From Escherichia phage vB_EcoM_3HA14, in the sequence record MN342151.1: a stretch of 64,000 nucleotides of DNA. The stretch is one strand, 5' to 3'. Positions within the stretch are counted from its first letter, which is position 1. Every line of letters starts with the position of its first letter. Positions 51,254 through 59,644 of this stretch are shown here, in pieces. The notes under the pieces were generated by a model. The model did not search any database and was not told the origin of the DNA. It saw only the letters and a list, made by a program, of their open reading frames with translations. Made by a program: the position numbers and the translations under genes.

Positions 51254-51517
51254 TTAATTCATTGCTGCATAAGTTGCAAGTCTTTTTTCATTGTATTTTG
51301 TAAGAATCTCACAAGATAAAACGTCATACTTTGCAACGGCTTCAGATTTAGTTAAACCAAAATGGCTTACAATTTCACCATTCATGAATCCGACTACTTC
51401 ATAAGATTCTGCGATGATTTCACCGTTGAACCAATCACTTTCAATACGTTTGCAAAGTTGGATATCTTCTTTGTCAGTACCGATTTGTAACAGGATAGTG
51501 ATTTCTTGATTATTCAT
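51254..51517 (-). CDS. hypothetical small protein (87 aa)
   Basis: ORF directly after leader cassette. Confidence 0.5.
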   Translation of the reverse strand: MNNQEITILLQIGTDKEDIQLCKRIESDWFNGEIIAESYEVVGFMNGEIVSHFGLTKSEAVAKYDVLSCEILTKYNEKRLATYAAMN

Positions 51518-51577
51518 TTTCTAGTCTCCAGTTTAGGATTGTTGGGGAAGGTCATTCCCTCCCCGTTGATAAGTACT

Positions 51578-52105
51578 TTATAGATTTGTGATGATTTCGT
51601 CAAGGGAATTTTCTAAGTTTTTTAAAGATTGTTCGTAAAGCCTAATTCCCCTATTTAATGCTTCCCCTAACGTAATTTTAAAATTAGTTGTTGGGTAGTC
51701 ACTTGTAAAGATGTTTTCCACTTCATAGAGTGGGTATTGTTGGTTACCCGTTCCCATAGCATACATCCCTGTATAATGGATTGCAATAAAAAGATTATGG
51801 GACTTAATAGAGCGCTCATAAGCCATTTTAAAGCGGTTTAACTCGTTTTTAGTTGCCTTAATAGCCATTTCGTGAATTTCTGCGACTATAGCCATATAAT
51901 CATTCAGAATGAGAGAAATAGCCCCCATAAAGTTGTTAGCTGTTACCGCTTTTACATTTGGTCGGTGTACATAAAACTTCTTATCTTCCCCTTTTGTGAT
52001 AACTGCAAAAACTTTGCTCTTTAAGGTAAATTCCCAAGTATCTTTACAAGGCTTGCTCATCACTTCACGGCTACGGATTGCATTAACAGCATTAAACTTA
52101 TTCAT
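51578..52105 (-). CDS. hypothetical protein (175 aa)
   Basis: ORF directly after leader cassette. Confidence 0.5.
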   Translation of the reverse strand: MNKFNAVNAIRSREVMSKPCKDTWEFTLKSKVFAVITKGEDKKFYVHRPNVKAVTANNFMGAISLILNDYMAIVAEIHEMAIKATKNELNRFKMAYERSIKSHNLFIAIHYTGMYAMGTGNQQYPLYEVENIFTSDYPTTNFKITLGEALNRGIRLYEQSLKNLENSLDEIITNL

Positions 52106-52169
52106 TCTAGATTCTCCAGTTTAGGAATTTTGTTTAGTGGGGAAGTTTCCCTCCCCGTTGATGAATACT

Positions 52170-52310
52170 TTACTTGTTTTGATTCTGCATTGCAAGTAGT
52201 TTTTTATCAAAAACTTTATCTGAGATTTCACCAATGATGAGCATTGCTAATGGCAACACAACAGAAACAATCATACCGCAAAGGATAGGGTTTTTAATGA
52301 TATCTAGCAT
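52170..52310 (-). CDS. small membrane protein (46 aa)
   Basis: Not in ORF track. Hydrophobic product MLDIIKNPILCGMIVSVVLPLAMLIIGE...; C-terminus ...LAMQNQNK identical to the end of gene 55622..55969; preceded by a truncated cassette. Confidence 0.35.
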   Translation of the reverse strand: MLDIIKNPILCGMIVSVVLPLAMLIIGEISDKVFDKKLLAMQNQNK

Positions 52311-52506
52311 TTTGTGATTCTCCAGTTTAGGAAGTTGCCTTTTGAAGATACTATATAGATATGATTAGACCTTTGCAAGTACTTTTTACGCTTATCTATA
52401 AAGAATCTATTAAGTTAATCCCTTTTAGATAAACCCCCTCGAACAAAGTTACACTTGTCAAGGGGCATTGTCAATAGTTTTTCAAAAGATTTTTATAAGT
52501 TGTTGA

Positions 52507-52848
52507 TTAGCTTATAAAGATTTTTTCTGGCTTAACATAGGTTAATGACTGTTTTTTAAGCAAATCAGACCAAATGAGCGCGGCAATGTGACTATATCCC
52601 TTTTCTCTTAACTCCTGCATAGCTGATTTGCGAGTTTCGAAACGTGTAGCATAGTATTCAGTGTTAAGGGTAGTTTTATTCCCTTCATTGTCAACATGTA
52701 CAATCTGCATCACTTGAAACGGGCTTACATCTTCTCCCCTGTTCCATTGCTCAAAGTACTTGAGACACTGCATAGGTTTCATTTTGTCGTTAACTTGGGT
52801 AGACCATGACGAATTTTCTTTATCGGTGATAATTGTTACATAGGCCAT
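52507..52848 (-). CDS. hypothetical protein (113 aa)
   Basis: ORF after long-type cassette. Confidence 0.5.
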   Translation of the reverse strand: MAYVTIITDKENSSWSTQVNDKMKPMQCLKYFEQWNRGEDVSPFQVMQIVHVDNEGNKTTLNTEYYATRFETRKSAMQELREKGYSHIAALIWSDLLKKQSLTYVKPEKIFIS

Positions 52849-52933
52849 TTTCAGATTCTCCAGTTTAGGATTGTTGGTAAAGCTCTTTCTCTGGGGCTTA
52901 AGATACTAGCTTTTAAACCCCATGTAAAGCACT

Positions 52934-53131
52934 TTAATAAATTCTATCCATCAAATTATTCACGGCCATAATTGCATTATCTTTGAAGTGTGGATGACTG
53001 CTATTCTGTGAGAATAGTATTTCTCCATTGTATACTATTTTTAGGTCTATCTTTGAACCTTCCATGTTAAGGTTACACTCTACACCTTTTAAACACCACA
53101 AGGTAGAAAGTTTTTGCATCAGTGATAACAT
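52934..53131 (-). CDS. hypothetical small protein (65 aa)
   Basis: ORF after long-type cassette. Confidence 0.45.
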   Translation of the reverse strand: MLSLMQKLSTLWCLKGVECNLNMEGSKIDLKIVYNGEILFSQNSSHPHFKDNAIMAVNNLMDRIY

Positions 53132-53222
53132 TTTAGATTCTCCAGTTTAGGATTGTTGGTAAAGCTCTTTATCTGGGGCTTATCTTATCTAACTATAAAC
53201 CCCATGTAAAGCACTTTATTAG

Positions 53223-53444
53223 TTATTTGTAGTAATAGTATGTAAAATCATTTATCAGGCTTCCAGCCTCATCATTATACTGCTTATGACTAGCCAGATA
53301 ACCGCCATTAGCTAGAATTTCATCAATCAACTTTTTAGCGTCATCGTTGGGAATTCTAACAGGGTTATTAAACGGCTGTAAATAGGTACGACGAACATTT
53401 GAGAATTTAAAATCAATGGTTTTTACGTTAAGAACTTGCAACAT
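53223..53444 (-). CDS. hypothetical small protein (73 aa)
   Basis: ORF-track start at 53522 reads through the cassette in frame; true start taken as the ATG at 53442-53444 that abuts the cassette, as in all other copies. Confidence 0.45.
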   Translation of the reverse strand: MLQVLNVKTIDFKFSNVRRTYLQPFNNPVRIPNDDAKKLIDEILANGGYLASHKQYNDEAGSLINDFTYYYYK

Positions 53445-53522
53445 TTTTTGAATCTCCAGTTTAGGATTGTTGGGATGTTTCCCGTTGATGAATACTTTAC
53501 TTTCTTGCGTTTTCAGTGTCAA

Positions 53523-53753
53523 CTACTTTTCTATAAGAATCTCATATTCACCATTCACACTATCAAAGTAAATACCTTCATCATCTTCTGACTTATAGTA
53601 ACATTGGATATCATCCGATGTTGGGTAGTCTTGCCTTGCTATCTGACAGGCAACAATAGCATTATTTTCGCTACCTGTAAACTCTTCTAAACCTTTAAAG
53701 TCACATTGTGAACCATTGCAGATAGATAAGATAAGATAGATTGTTGTAAGCAT
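53523..53753 (-). CDS. hypothetical small protein (76 aa)
   Basis: ORF without its own cassette; N-terminus MLTTIYLILSICNGSQC is hydrophobic and Cys-containing. Confidence 0.4.
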   Translation of the reverse strand: MLTTIYLILSICNGSQCDFKGLEEFTGSENNAIVACQIARQDYPTSDDIQCYYKSEDDEGIYFDSVNGEYEILIEK

Positions 53754-53770
53754 CTTTTAAGCCTCTTGTA

Positions 53771-53793
53771 AGCCCCTGTGCGGGGCTTTTCTA
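53771..53793 (+). terminator. terminator-like hairpin oriented for the + strand, inside the - strand gene island
   Basis: AGCCCC-TGTGC-GGGGCT followed by TTTTCT on the + strand; no T-tract on the - strand. Confidence 0.35.
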
Positions 53794-53816
53794 GTGAACT
53801 GGCATGATTCTATGGT

Positions 53817-54374
53817 TTATGCTGTTAATTCGTTTATAGCCGTTTCTGCTACGTTACATTGCATTGTGTCAAAGATATCACAATATACATTGCTCATCTC
53901 ATCACTACGTTGGACTATTGCCGCAATGTTGCGTAATTCATCCGGTATATAACCCAAGTTCCTATTATTCAGGTTAGGGACAAAGAAAGGCGCATACATA
54001 GCATTAAATTCAGTTGTGTAAACCTTTTTAATCCATTCTTTATCGAAATATTCTGTAAAGCTTGCTACGTCGCTCATGTTCTCACAGCTCCAGTCATCTT
54101 GTAAATCATCTTCTGGAATATCCAGTTCCAAGATAACAAGCTTTTGTGACTTCATTTGATAGGCTGCTGTAATGCTTGCGCTATCAAGCGCGTTTCTAAT
54201 ACCTTCATCTATGATTTGTTCGTCATCCAGATTTTCTACATCATAGAACTTACTAACAGGGTAGACATAAAAACATCCATCCATATCAGAGCAATTCCAG
54301 ACTCCTGATGGTTTATCACCGCCATTAATAAGGTTTACAAAGTTTTCTTGTGTAGTACCATGAAAGCATTTCAT
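53817..54374 (-). CDS. hypothetical protein (185 aa) with N-terminal H-G-T and G-x-F-Y motifs
   Basis: MKCFHGTT...GCFYVYP pattern is reminiscent of ADP-ribosyltransferase or Tpt1-like folds; speculative. Preceded by long-type cassette. Confidence 0.45.
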   Translation of the reverse strand: MKCFHGTTQENFVNLINGGDKPSGVWNCSDMDGCFYVYPVSKFYDVENLDDEQIIDEGIRNALDSASITAAYQMKSQKLVILELDIPEDDLQDDWSCENMSDVASFTEYFDKEWIKKVYTTEFNAMYAPFFVPNLNNRNLGYIPDELRNIAAIVQRSDEMSNVYCDIFDTMQCNVAETAINELTA

Positions 54375-54458
54375 TTTTGATTCTCCAGTTTAGGATTGTT
54401 GGTAAAGCTCTTTATCTGGGGCTTATCTTAGCTAACTATAAACCCCATGTAAAGGACT

Positions 54459-54707
54459 TTATTTAGTTTTCTTTGTAAAGATTAGTTTAACGGCAACAGT
54501 TGGTAACTCTTCAATACTTGTGAACAAAGTCACTTTTTGAGTCTTGACATTATAGCCATACTTTGAACCATAAGCCGTAAAACGGTTTACAATGTAACTG
54601 TAAGTTTTTGCAGTGTTATCTGGCATATGATATAAAAACGGCTTGCCAAGGTTATCAAGTTGTGTTAAGAGTCGGCAAGTGTCAGGGATATTCAACATAT
54701 TAAACAT
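54459..54707 (-). CDS. hypothetical small protein (82 aa)
   Basis: ORF after short-type cassette. Confidence 0.5.
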   Translation of the reverse strand: MFNMLNIPDTCRLLTQLDNLGKPFLYHMPDNTAKTYSYIVNRFTAYGSKYGYNVKTQKVTLFTSIEELPTVAVKLIFTKKTK

Positions 54708-54792
54708 TTTCAGATTCTCCAGTTTAGGATTGTTGGGGCTTATAACTTGCCCCGTTGATGAGTACTCTACTACTATGCTTTTGCAATGTCAA

Positions 54793-55200
54793 TCAAATCT
54801 CTGAATAAATTGCATCGCAGATTTCACGGAAAACTTCCACCGGTAAGTTACGCTGTAACCATGTTGCAAAGAAATCAGCAATTGCAAAGTTTGCATCAAA
54901 ATCAACACATAGCCACACTTTAACAGCAAATCTAAACATTTTCAAGTCAAGTTCTTTATTCATTACTTTTGACTTTGACAGCATTTCCTTCATCTCATAT
55001 TGAGCACCGTCAATTATAGCTCCTGCTGCTACATCTTGCAAGGATTCTTTAAGCTGTTTTGTGTCTACTACTGCGCCCTGAATTTTACCGATGATATTAT
55101 GTAGTGTTTCGTCTGGTGCTGCTGATGTTACAATGTTGATGCGGTTAATGGTCAAACGTGCTTTCAAAATTGCAACTTCTTTGTGATTAACATTAGTCAT
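54793..55200 (-). CDS. hypothetical protein (135 aa)
   Basis: ORF after long-type cassette. Confidence 0.5.
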   Translation of the reverse strand: MTNVNHKEVAILKARLTINRINIVTSAAPDETLHNIIGKIQGAVVDTKQLKESLQDVAAGAIIDGAQYEMKEMLSKSKVMNKELDLKMFRFAVKVWLCVDFDANFAIADFFATWLQRNLPVEVFREICDAIYSEI

Positions 55201-55289
55201 TTTCTAGTCTCCAGTTTAGGTTAGTTTTAGATAAATCTCTTTATCTGGGGCTATCTTAGCAACTTGATAACCCCATGTAAAGCAATTTA

Positions 55290-55562
55290 TTAGACTAAAT
55301 ACAATTTTTTACCGCTAACAATAATATAACTTACACCACTATTACTATAAACATCTTGATAAATTCTGCGTAACTTTCCAAGGTATCGAACTTTCCAAGA
55401 TGTAGGAATTTTCTTTCCATATCCTGTAGCGGTTTTTTGTAAACCTGCTACTTGCCAATCTAATAGGTGCTGTTCTGCTCTTAACTCTTCAAAGTTTAAT
55501 ACACCGTCTACATAGTGTTTTAAAGTTACGTTCAAAGTGCGACCGTCATTAGTAGTATACAT
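55290..55562 (-). CDS. hypothetical small protein (90 aa)
   Basis: ORF after short-type cassette. Confidence 0.5.
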   Translation of the reverse strand: MYTTNDGRTLNVTLKHYVDGVLNFEELRAEQHLLDWQVAGLQKTATGYGKKIPTSWKVRYLGKLRRIYQDVYSNSGVSYIIVSGKKLYLV

Positions 55563-55621
55563 TTTCAGATTCTCCAGTTTAGGATTGTTGGGGCTTCTAT
55601 CTTGCCCCGTTGATGAATACT

Positions 55622-55969
55622 TTACTTGTTTTGATTCTGCATTGCAAGCTCTTTTTTATTAATTTCTTGTGCTATCACGATATAATAATCTTTTAGGTTT
55701 ATGTCTTGAATTGACTCTAGAAGTATGTCATAATCACTGATTAATTTAAAATCACCGTCTAGAATGTTATCAATCCGGTATGTCTCTGCTTTAAATCGAA
55801 AGCTCATCTCTAAACGTTTCAATTGTTCTAAGCTCAAACGCTCTAAAAAGCCCCGTACAAGATTTATTTTTAAATCCCTTGTAAGTGCCTTATTAGCTAT
55901 ACTGTGCGCTTGCAAAGCTTTATAGAGCGCCACAATAGAGATAAAAATAGCAGTGTATGTGATTAACAT
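55622..55969 (-). CDS. membrane-anchored protein (115 aa)
   Basis: N-terminal TM-like MLITYTAIFISIVALY; C-terminal ...ELAMQNQNK shared with the 46-aa gene at 52170..52310. Confidence 0.45.
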   Translation of the reverse strand: MLITYTAIFISIVALYKALQAHSIANKALTRDLKINLVRGFLERLSLEQLKRLEMSFRFKAETYRIDNILDGDFKLISDYDILLESIQDINLKDYYIVIAQEINKKELAMQNQNK

Positions 55970-56259
55970 TTGTTTTTACCTTTGTGGAATAGTTTACCAG
56001 TGTGACTAATTTCATATGAATCAACCATATCTCTAGTAGTCTTAATAGATGACTTATTAGTGTTATCATATATATCAACCTGAAGCAATGGTTTTTTGTA
56101 TTCTTTGCAAAAGTTCCATACACAAATTATTACTTCTTTTTTGTTAATCTTTCCATGATACCACTCTACGGCTTCAGAAGTACGGCGCATGGATTCAATG
56201 AATTGGATATTGCTTAATAGCTGGCTTAATTTAGTTCTAACGTTTGCGGCAATAAACAT
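55963..56259 (-). CDS. hypothetical protein (98 aa)
   Basis: ORF after long-type cassette. Confidence 0.5.
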   Translation of the reverse strand: MFIAANVRTKLSQLLSNIQFIESMRRTSEAVEWYHGKINKKEVIICVWNFCKEYKKPLLQVDIYDNTNKSSIKTTRDMVDSYEISHTGKLFHKGKNKC

Positions 56260-56343
56260 TTTAGGTTCTCCAGTTTAGGATTGTTTGTAAAGCTCTTTAT
56301 CTGGGGCTATCTTATCAACTTGATAACCCCATGTAAAGCACTT

Positions 56344-56856
56344 TTAGATATTAAAGATATTCATAACAGAATCTTTCAAGGCTTCTAAACGTTCCATTAC
56401 TTCAGATTCTCCATCGGAGTTCGACACTTCCTCTTCTAATCGTGATTCTAAATCTTCCCCGTCAAGATAGCACCAATCGAAGCCATAAGCAAGAGAAAAG
56501 CTATTTAATACTGTATTACCTTCTTTATCTTCTACCTTTGCAAATAGCACGTAGCTGTTAGCCTCTAAATCTCTTTGTAATTCATCTTGTAAGCTCTTGT
56601 AAGCCTCTATAGATGGATTTTCGCGGCCTTGTTTAGCATAATCACTCATCAATTGTGAAAGGCTGTAATGCTGTGGAATTGCATATTTGTACCCGTTACG
56701 CTCTGGATTTTTAAGTTTGATTGTAACCCCGCCTTTGTGCTCATCGGTAAACTTCCAATTCTCCACACAATGGGATGCTTCACAAATATTAACAGCTTCA
56801 TAGATGATAGTGAATTTTTCTTTTTGGACTTCAAAGGTAGCTTCAACAAAATTCAT
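56344..56856 (-). CDS. hypothetical acidic protein (170 aa)
   Basis: ORF after long-type cassette. Confidence 0.5.
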   Translation of the reverse strand: MNFVEATFEVQKEKFTIIYEAVNICEASHCVENWKFTDEHKGGVTIKLKNPERNGYKYAIPQHYSLSQLMSDYAKQGRENPSIEAYKSLQDELQRDLEANSYVLFAKVEDKEGNTVLNSFSLAYGFDWCYLDGEDLESRLEEEVSNSDGESEVMERLEALKDSVMNIFNI

Positions 56857-56947
56857 TTTAGATTCTCCAGTTTAGGACTATTGGTTAGTAAAGCTCTTTA
56901 TCTGGGGCTTATATTATCTAACTATAAACCCCATGTAAAGCACTTTA

Positions 56948-57205
56948 TCAGATTAAATTGTCAGTTAATGATAAGTGCATTTTATAACCTTTCTTCGTGT
57001 AGACGTTAGTTCTACCGATTGCTTTTACACCTTTGAAAAGGTCATAGGAACTACGTTTTAAAGTAATTTCCTTATCACATTTTACGCCCCATCTTACAGC
57101 AGATTCTTTTCCGTTGTCAACCACTTTACCATTTAGTTTTTTAGCAGTTGCGCGAGCGTCATCACGAGATTTTGCAGATACAATGATGTTTTTGATAGTA
57201 GCCAT
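56948..57205 (-). CDS. hypothetical small basic protein (85 aa)
   Basis: ORF after long-type cassette. Confidence 0.5.
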   Translation of the reverse strand: MATIKNIIVSAKSRDDARATAKKLNGKVVDNGKESAVRWGVKCDKEITLKRSSYDLFKGVKAIGRTNVYTKKGYKMHLSLTDNLI

Positions 57206-57296
57206 TTTTGATACTCCAGTTTAGGTTATTGTTTGGTAAAGCTCTTTATCTGGGGCTTATCTTATCTAACTATAAACCCCATGTAAAGGACTTTAT

Positions 57297-57677
57297 TTAG
57301 TTAATTTTGAAAACTGTAACGTAGCCGTCACTACCAATAGTTTGAGATACTCCAGCTTTCTCTACATCATACCCCATTTTATCAAGATGGTACATTGCAT
57401 CTTCATACCCATATTTACCGCCTTGATAGCGTCTTTTTTCACAGCGTATCACAGTTTTACCACGTCCTGCAATAGCATTTATTATAGCTTTTTCACCGGA
57501 TAGTGTACCGTCAAGCATAGTAGCTTTGTAGTGGTTAATACGGTTACCATTAACATCATACTTAAAATTGTAAGCGTGAACAACAATTATTTTTCCTTTG
57601 AAGTTTTCTTTCATAGTTTCCTCTAAGATACTACGAAAGTTTTCTTTGTTGATAAATTTAGGCGCACGATATTTCAT
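57297..57677 (-). CDS. hypothetical protein (126 aa)
   Basis: ORF after long-type cassette. Confidence 0.5.
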   Translation of the reverse strand: MKYRAPKFINKENFRSILEETMKENFKGKIIVVHAYNFKYDVNGNRINHYKATMLDGTLSGEKAIINAIAGRGKTVIRCEKRRYQGGKYGYEDAMYHLDKMGYDVEKAGVSQTIGSDGYVTVFKIN

Positions 57678-57761
57678 TTTAGATTCTCCAGTTTAGGATT
57701 GTTGGTAAAGCTCTTTATCTGGGGCTTAAGATACCAGCTTTTAAACCCCATGTAAAGTACT

Positions 57762-57923
57762 TTATGCAATAATTTTTATAAAATCTTTCATGGTTATTTT
57801 GTCGCTATTTGTAAGGGCTATACAGTCATTACCCATAGCAGACTTATAGAGATAGAAGACTTTACCAATTTTTGGGTATCCGTCTAAATCTTTGTATTGT
57901 ATTAAATCGTTTTCTTTAATCAT
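57762..57923 (-). CDS. hypothetical small protein (53 aa)
   Basis: Not in ORF track. ATG at 57921-57923; product MIKENDLIQYKDLDGYPKIGKVFYLYK...; no cassette of its own. Confidence 0.3.
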   Translation of the reverse strand: MIKENDLIQYKDLDGYPKIGKVFYLYKSAMGNDCIALTNSDKITMKDFIKIIA

Positions 57924-57935
57924 TGTCAAGCCTTT

Positions 57936-58142
57936 TTAAACGTTGTAATAATAAATTGCTGTATGCCTTGTGTAATGCCTTGTGTGAGTTGTCAAATAAC
58001 AATCAGACCTGATTGACGTATCAACATATTCATCAAAATCCTTTTCTGAGATACGTTGCCAAACATCACAAATTAGCATATAGAAACGACGTTTATTTGT
58101 TTTGTTGTTGTCAACAATCATTAACTCACGTTGATATAACAT
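57936..58142 (-). CDS. hypothetical small protein (68 aa)
   Basis: First gene of the island; preceded by short-type cassette at 58143-58200. Confidence 0.45.
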   Translation of the reverse strand: MLYQRELMIVDNNKTNKRRFYMLICDVWQRISEKDFDEYVDTSIRSDCYLTTHTRHYTRHTAIYYYNV

Positions 58143-58393
58143 TTTTAGATTCTCCAGTTTAGGATTGTTGGGATGTTTCCCGTTGATGCAAATACTATAA
58201 GACTGGATTTATGAAGTCAACAAAAATTTTTAAAATATTTTTGATGTTTCGTGAATAGAACGCACGTATGCGGGTACACTAAAACAGAAACCTAGTCAAG
58301 AATTATTTTTGAGTTCTCTACAAATTTCTCTCTTGACTTTTGGGAGGAAGGGGAGTAAGAGGGGATGGTGGGGCTGGTTTCCTACAGCTACCT

Positions 58394-58600
58394 ACCTGCA
58401 CAATTTGAAAATGAATTTTCCCTTTGGAGTCCAACTGCATCTGCACAGATTGAAAATGAAAAAGCTCTTTGGAGTCTAAACCTGCACAAATTTGAAATGA
58501 ATTTTCCCTTTGGAGTTCAGCTAAAGAAATCTGTCCAGAGTTCTATGCAACTATACCTGCACAAATTTAAAATGAAAAAGCCCTCCTTACCTGAGATTTT
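58394..58600. repeat. four direct repeats of about 40-45 bp in intergenic region
   Basis: CCTGCACA(A/G)ATTTGAAAATGAA-(TTTTCCC or AAAAGCTC)-TTTGGAGT at about 58394, 58440, 58481, 58555; two alternating subtypes. ORF 58365..58643 across them is probably not coding. Confidence 0.65.
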
Positions 58601-58623
58601 TAAACTCAAACTTTGGAGGGCTT
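58573..58623 (-). terminator. possible terminator after macro-domain gene (large loop)
   Basis: On - strand: AAGCCCTCC ... GGAGGGCTT 9-bp stem with about 28-nt loop, followed by TTTTTCATTTT. Confidence 0.3.
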
Positions 58624-58647
58624 GTCTATGTCTAGCTAGGTGACTTA

Positions 58648-59499
58648 TTAGTTACGTGCTTCAACATAGCTTACGTTTTCATGTGTGATATAATCTTCTG
58701 CAAACTCTTCTGTAGTCGCATTGATATATACACTTGCATCATCACTAAACGTTACCGCTCTGTGGTGGTGGCCTTGTAACGGGTGGGTAACTTGAGCGTT
58801 ACTTCGATTGTACTTCTCAACCGGAGGGTAACTGGTGTGTACCTTGCCATTACGCTTCACCTTGAGGGTAACTTTATCCTTGCCTACCACAGCAACACCA
58901 TCAAAGTATTGAGGCTCACTGAAGTTCTCCCAACCAGTAACAGGATTAGTCAACTGACTGTACATCTTATCTTCATAGACATACATATAAACGTCAACAT
59001 CCTTCATAGTCTGGTTGATAATGGACAGTACAGCCATGCTATCAAGACCACCAATCCCTGCACCAACCATTGGAAGCCCAACTTTCTTAAGTTGGTTAAC
59101 TTTACAGTAGTTATTAAGACGCTGTAAAGCTGCTTCTAAGGCGTTGTATCGTGCATCTTTGCCAGTGATAACCTGAGTGTAAAGGTTAGCAATTCGACCC
59201 TGCTTAAAACGTGCTACAGAGATGTTACCAAGCATTAGATGCTTAGGGTTATGATTTTCACCACCTACTGTAGCATAAACTTCAGCGTCAGTTTCATAAG
59301 CTTTTGGGTAGCGTTTAGCAATTGTTGCTGCGATACCTGCACCCATCAAGTTCATGCAGTTACAGCCGTGACCAATGATATCAAACTTCTTACCATCAAA
59401 GTCTTTAAAGATATCACCTTTAATAATTTTTACGATACCCATATTAGTAATGCTCCCAACGTTCGTTATCTTCAGATGGTTTAACTCGGTTACCTTCAT
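58648..59499 (-). CDS. macro-domain protein (TARG1/DarG-like ADP-ribose-binding or hydrolase fold) with C-terminal extension
   Basis: GDIF...DIIGHGCNCMNLMGAGIAATIAKRYP and VGLPMVGAGIGGLD match the Gly-rich ADP-ribose-binding loops of macro domains; about 110 aa extra C-terminal region with a His-rich patch. Confidence 0.6.
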   Translation of the reverse strand: MKVTELNHLKITNVGSITNMGIVKIIKGDIFKDFDGKKFDIIGHGCNCMNLMGAGIAATIAKRYPKAYETDAEVYATVGGENHNPKHLMLGNISVARFKQGRIANLYTQVITGKDARYNALEAALQRLNNYCKVNQLKKVGLPMVGAGIGGLDSMAVLSIINQTMKDVDVYMYVYEDKMYSQLTNPVTGWENFSEPQYFDGVAVVGKDKVTLKVKRNGKVHTSYPPVEKYNRSNAQVTHPLQGHHHRAVTFSDDASVYINATTEEFAEDYITHENVSYVEARN

Positions 59500-59644
59500 G
59501 GTCTACCCATAAAGCACCACAACCTTCACAGATTACTGGCATTGCTGAACCAGCTTCAAACTCTGCTTTTGTAAAGAGACCTTTTAAGTCTCCTGTATCT
59601 CTGCCAAACATATCAATAGAACACTTAGTGCAGAAGTCAGCCAT
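59444..59644 (-). CDS. zinc-ribbon-like small protein (66 aa)
   Basis: CxxC ... CxxC pairs (CTKCS, CEGCG). Confidence 0.35.
   Translation of the reverse strand: MADFCTKCSIDMFGRDTGDLKGLFTKAEFEAGSAMPVICEGCGALWVDHEGNRVKPSEDNERWEHY

Larger units (their letters stand above)
51189..58200 (-). repeat. array of about 16 conserved leader cassettes (hairpin + CCTAAACTGGAGAATCTAAAATG) upstream of small genes
   Basis: Copies at about 51189, 51518, 52106, 52311 (truncated), 52849, 53132, 53445, 54375, 54708, 55201, 55563, 56260, 56857, 57206, 57678, 58143. Two types: long about 90 bp (TTTACATGGGG-loop-CCCCAGATAAAGAGCTTTACCAACAATCCTAAACTGGAGAATCTAAAATG) and short about 60 bp (CATCAACGGGG-loop-CCCCAACAATCCTAAACTGGAGAATCTGAAAATG). 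Each ends at a start codon. Confidence 0.8.

Noticed and set aside
53223-53522. ORF-track start at 53522 for the 99-aa protein
   Set aside because: The N-terminal 26 codons are an in-frame read-through of the conserved leader cassette; every other copy of the cassette ends at the start codon.
51189-58200. Regular repeat-spacer pattern that could be mistaken for a CRISPR array
   Set aside because: Repeats are 60-90 bp with internal variation, contain an RBS and end at ATG; the intervening segments are 200-560 bp protein-coding ORFs of variable length. No cas genes are present.
51189-58200. Cassette core CCTAAACTGGAGA as a T7/T3-type single-subunit RNA polymerase promoter
   Set aside because: Only superficial resemblance; GGAG is positioned 8-9 nt before each ATG as a Shine-Dalgarno, and no phage RNA polymerase gene is in the window. 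The question of what the cassette does is left open in the findings.
58365-58643. 92-aa ORF on the + strand
   Set aside because: Composed almost entirely of the four direct repeats (its internal Met codons are the repeated AAAATGAA); no RBS; sits between - strand genes.
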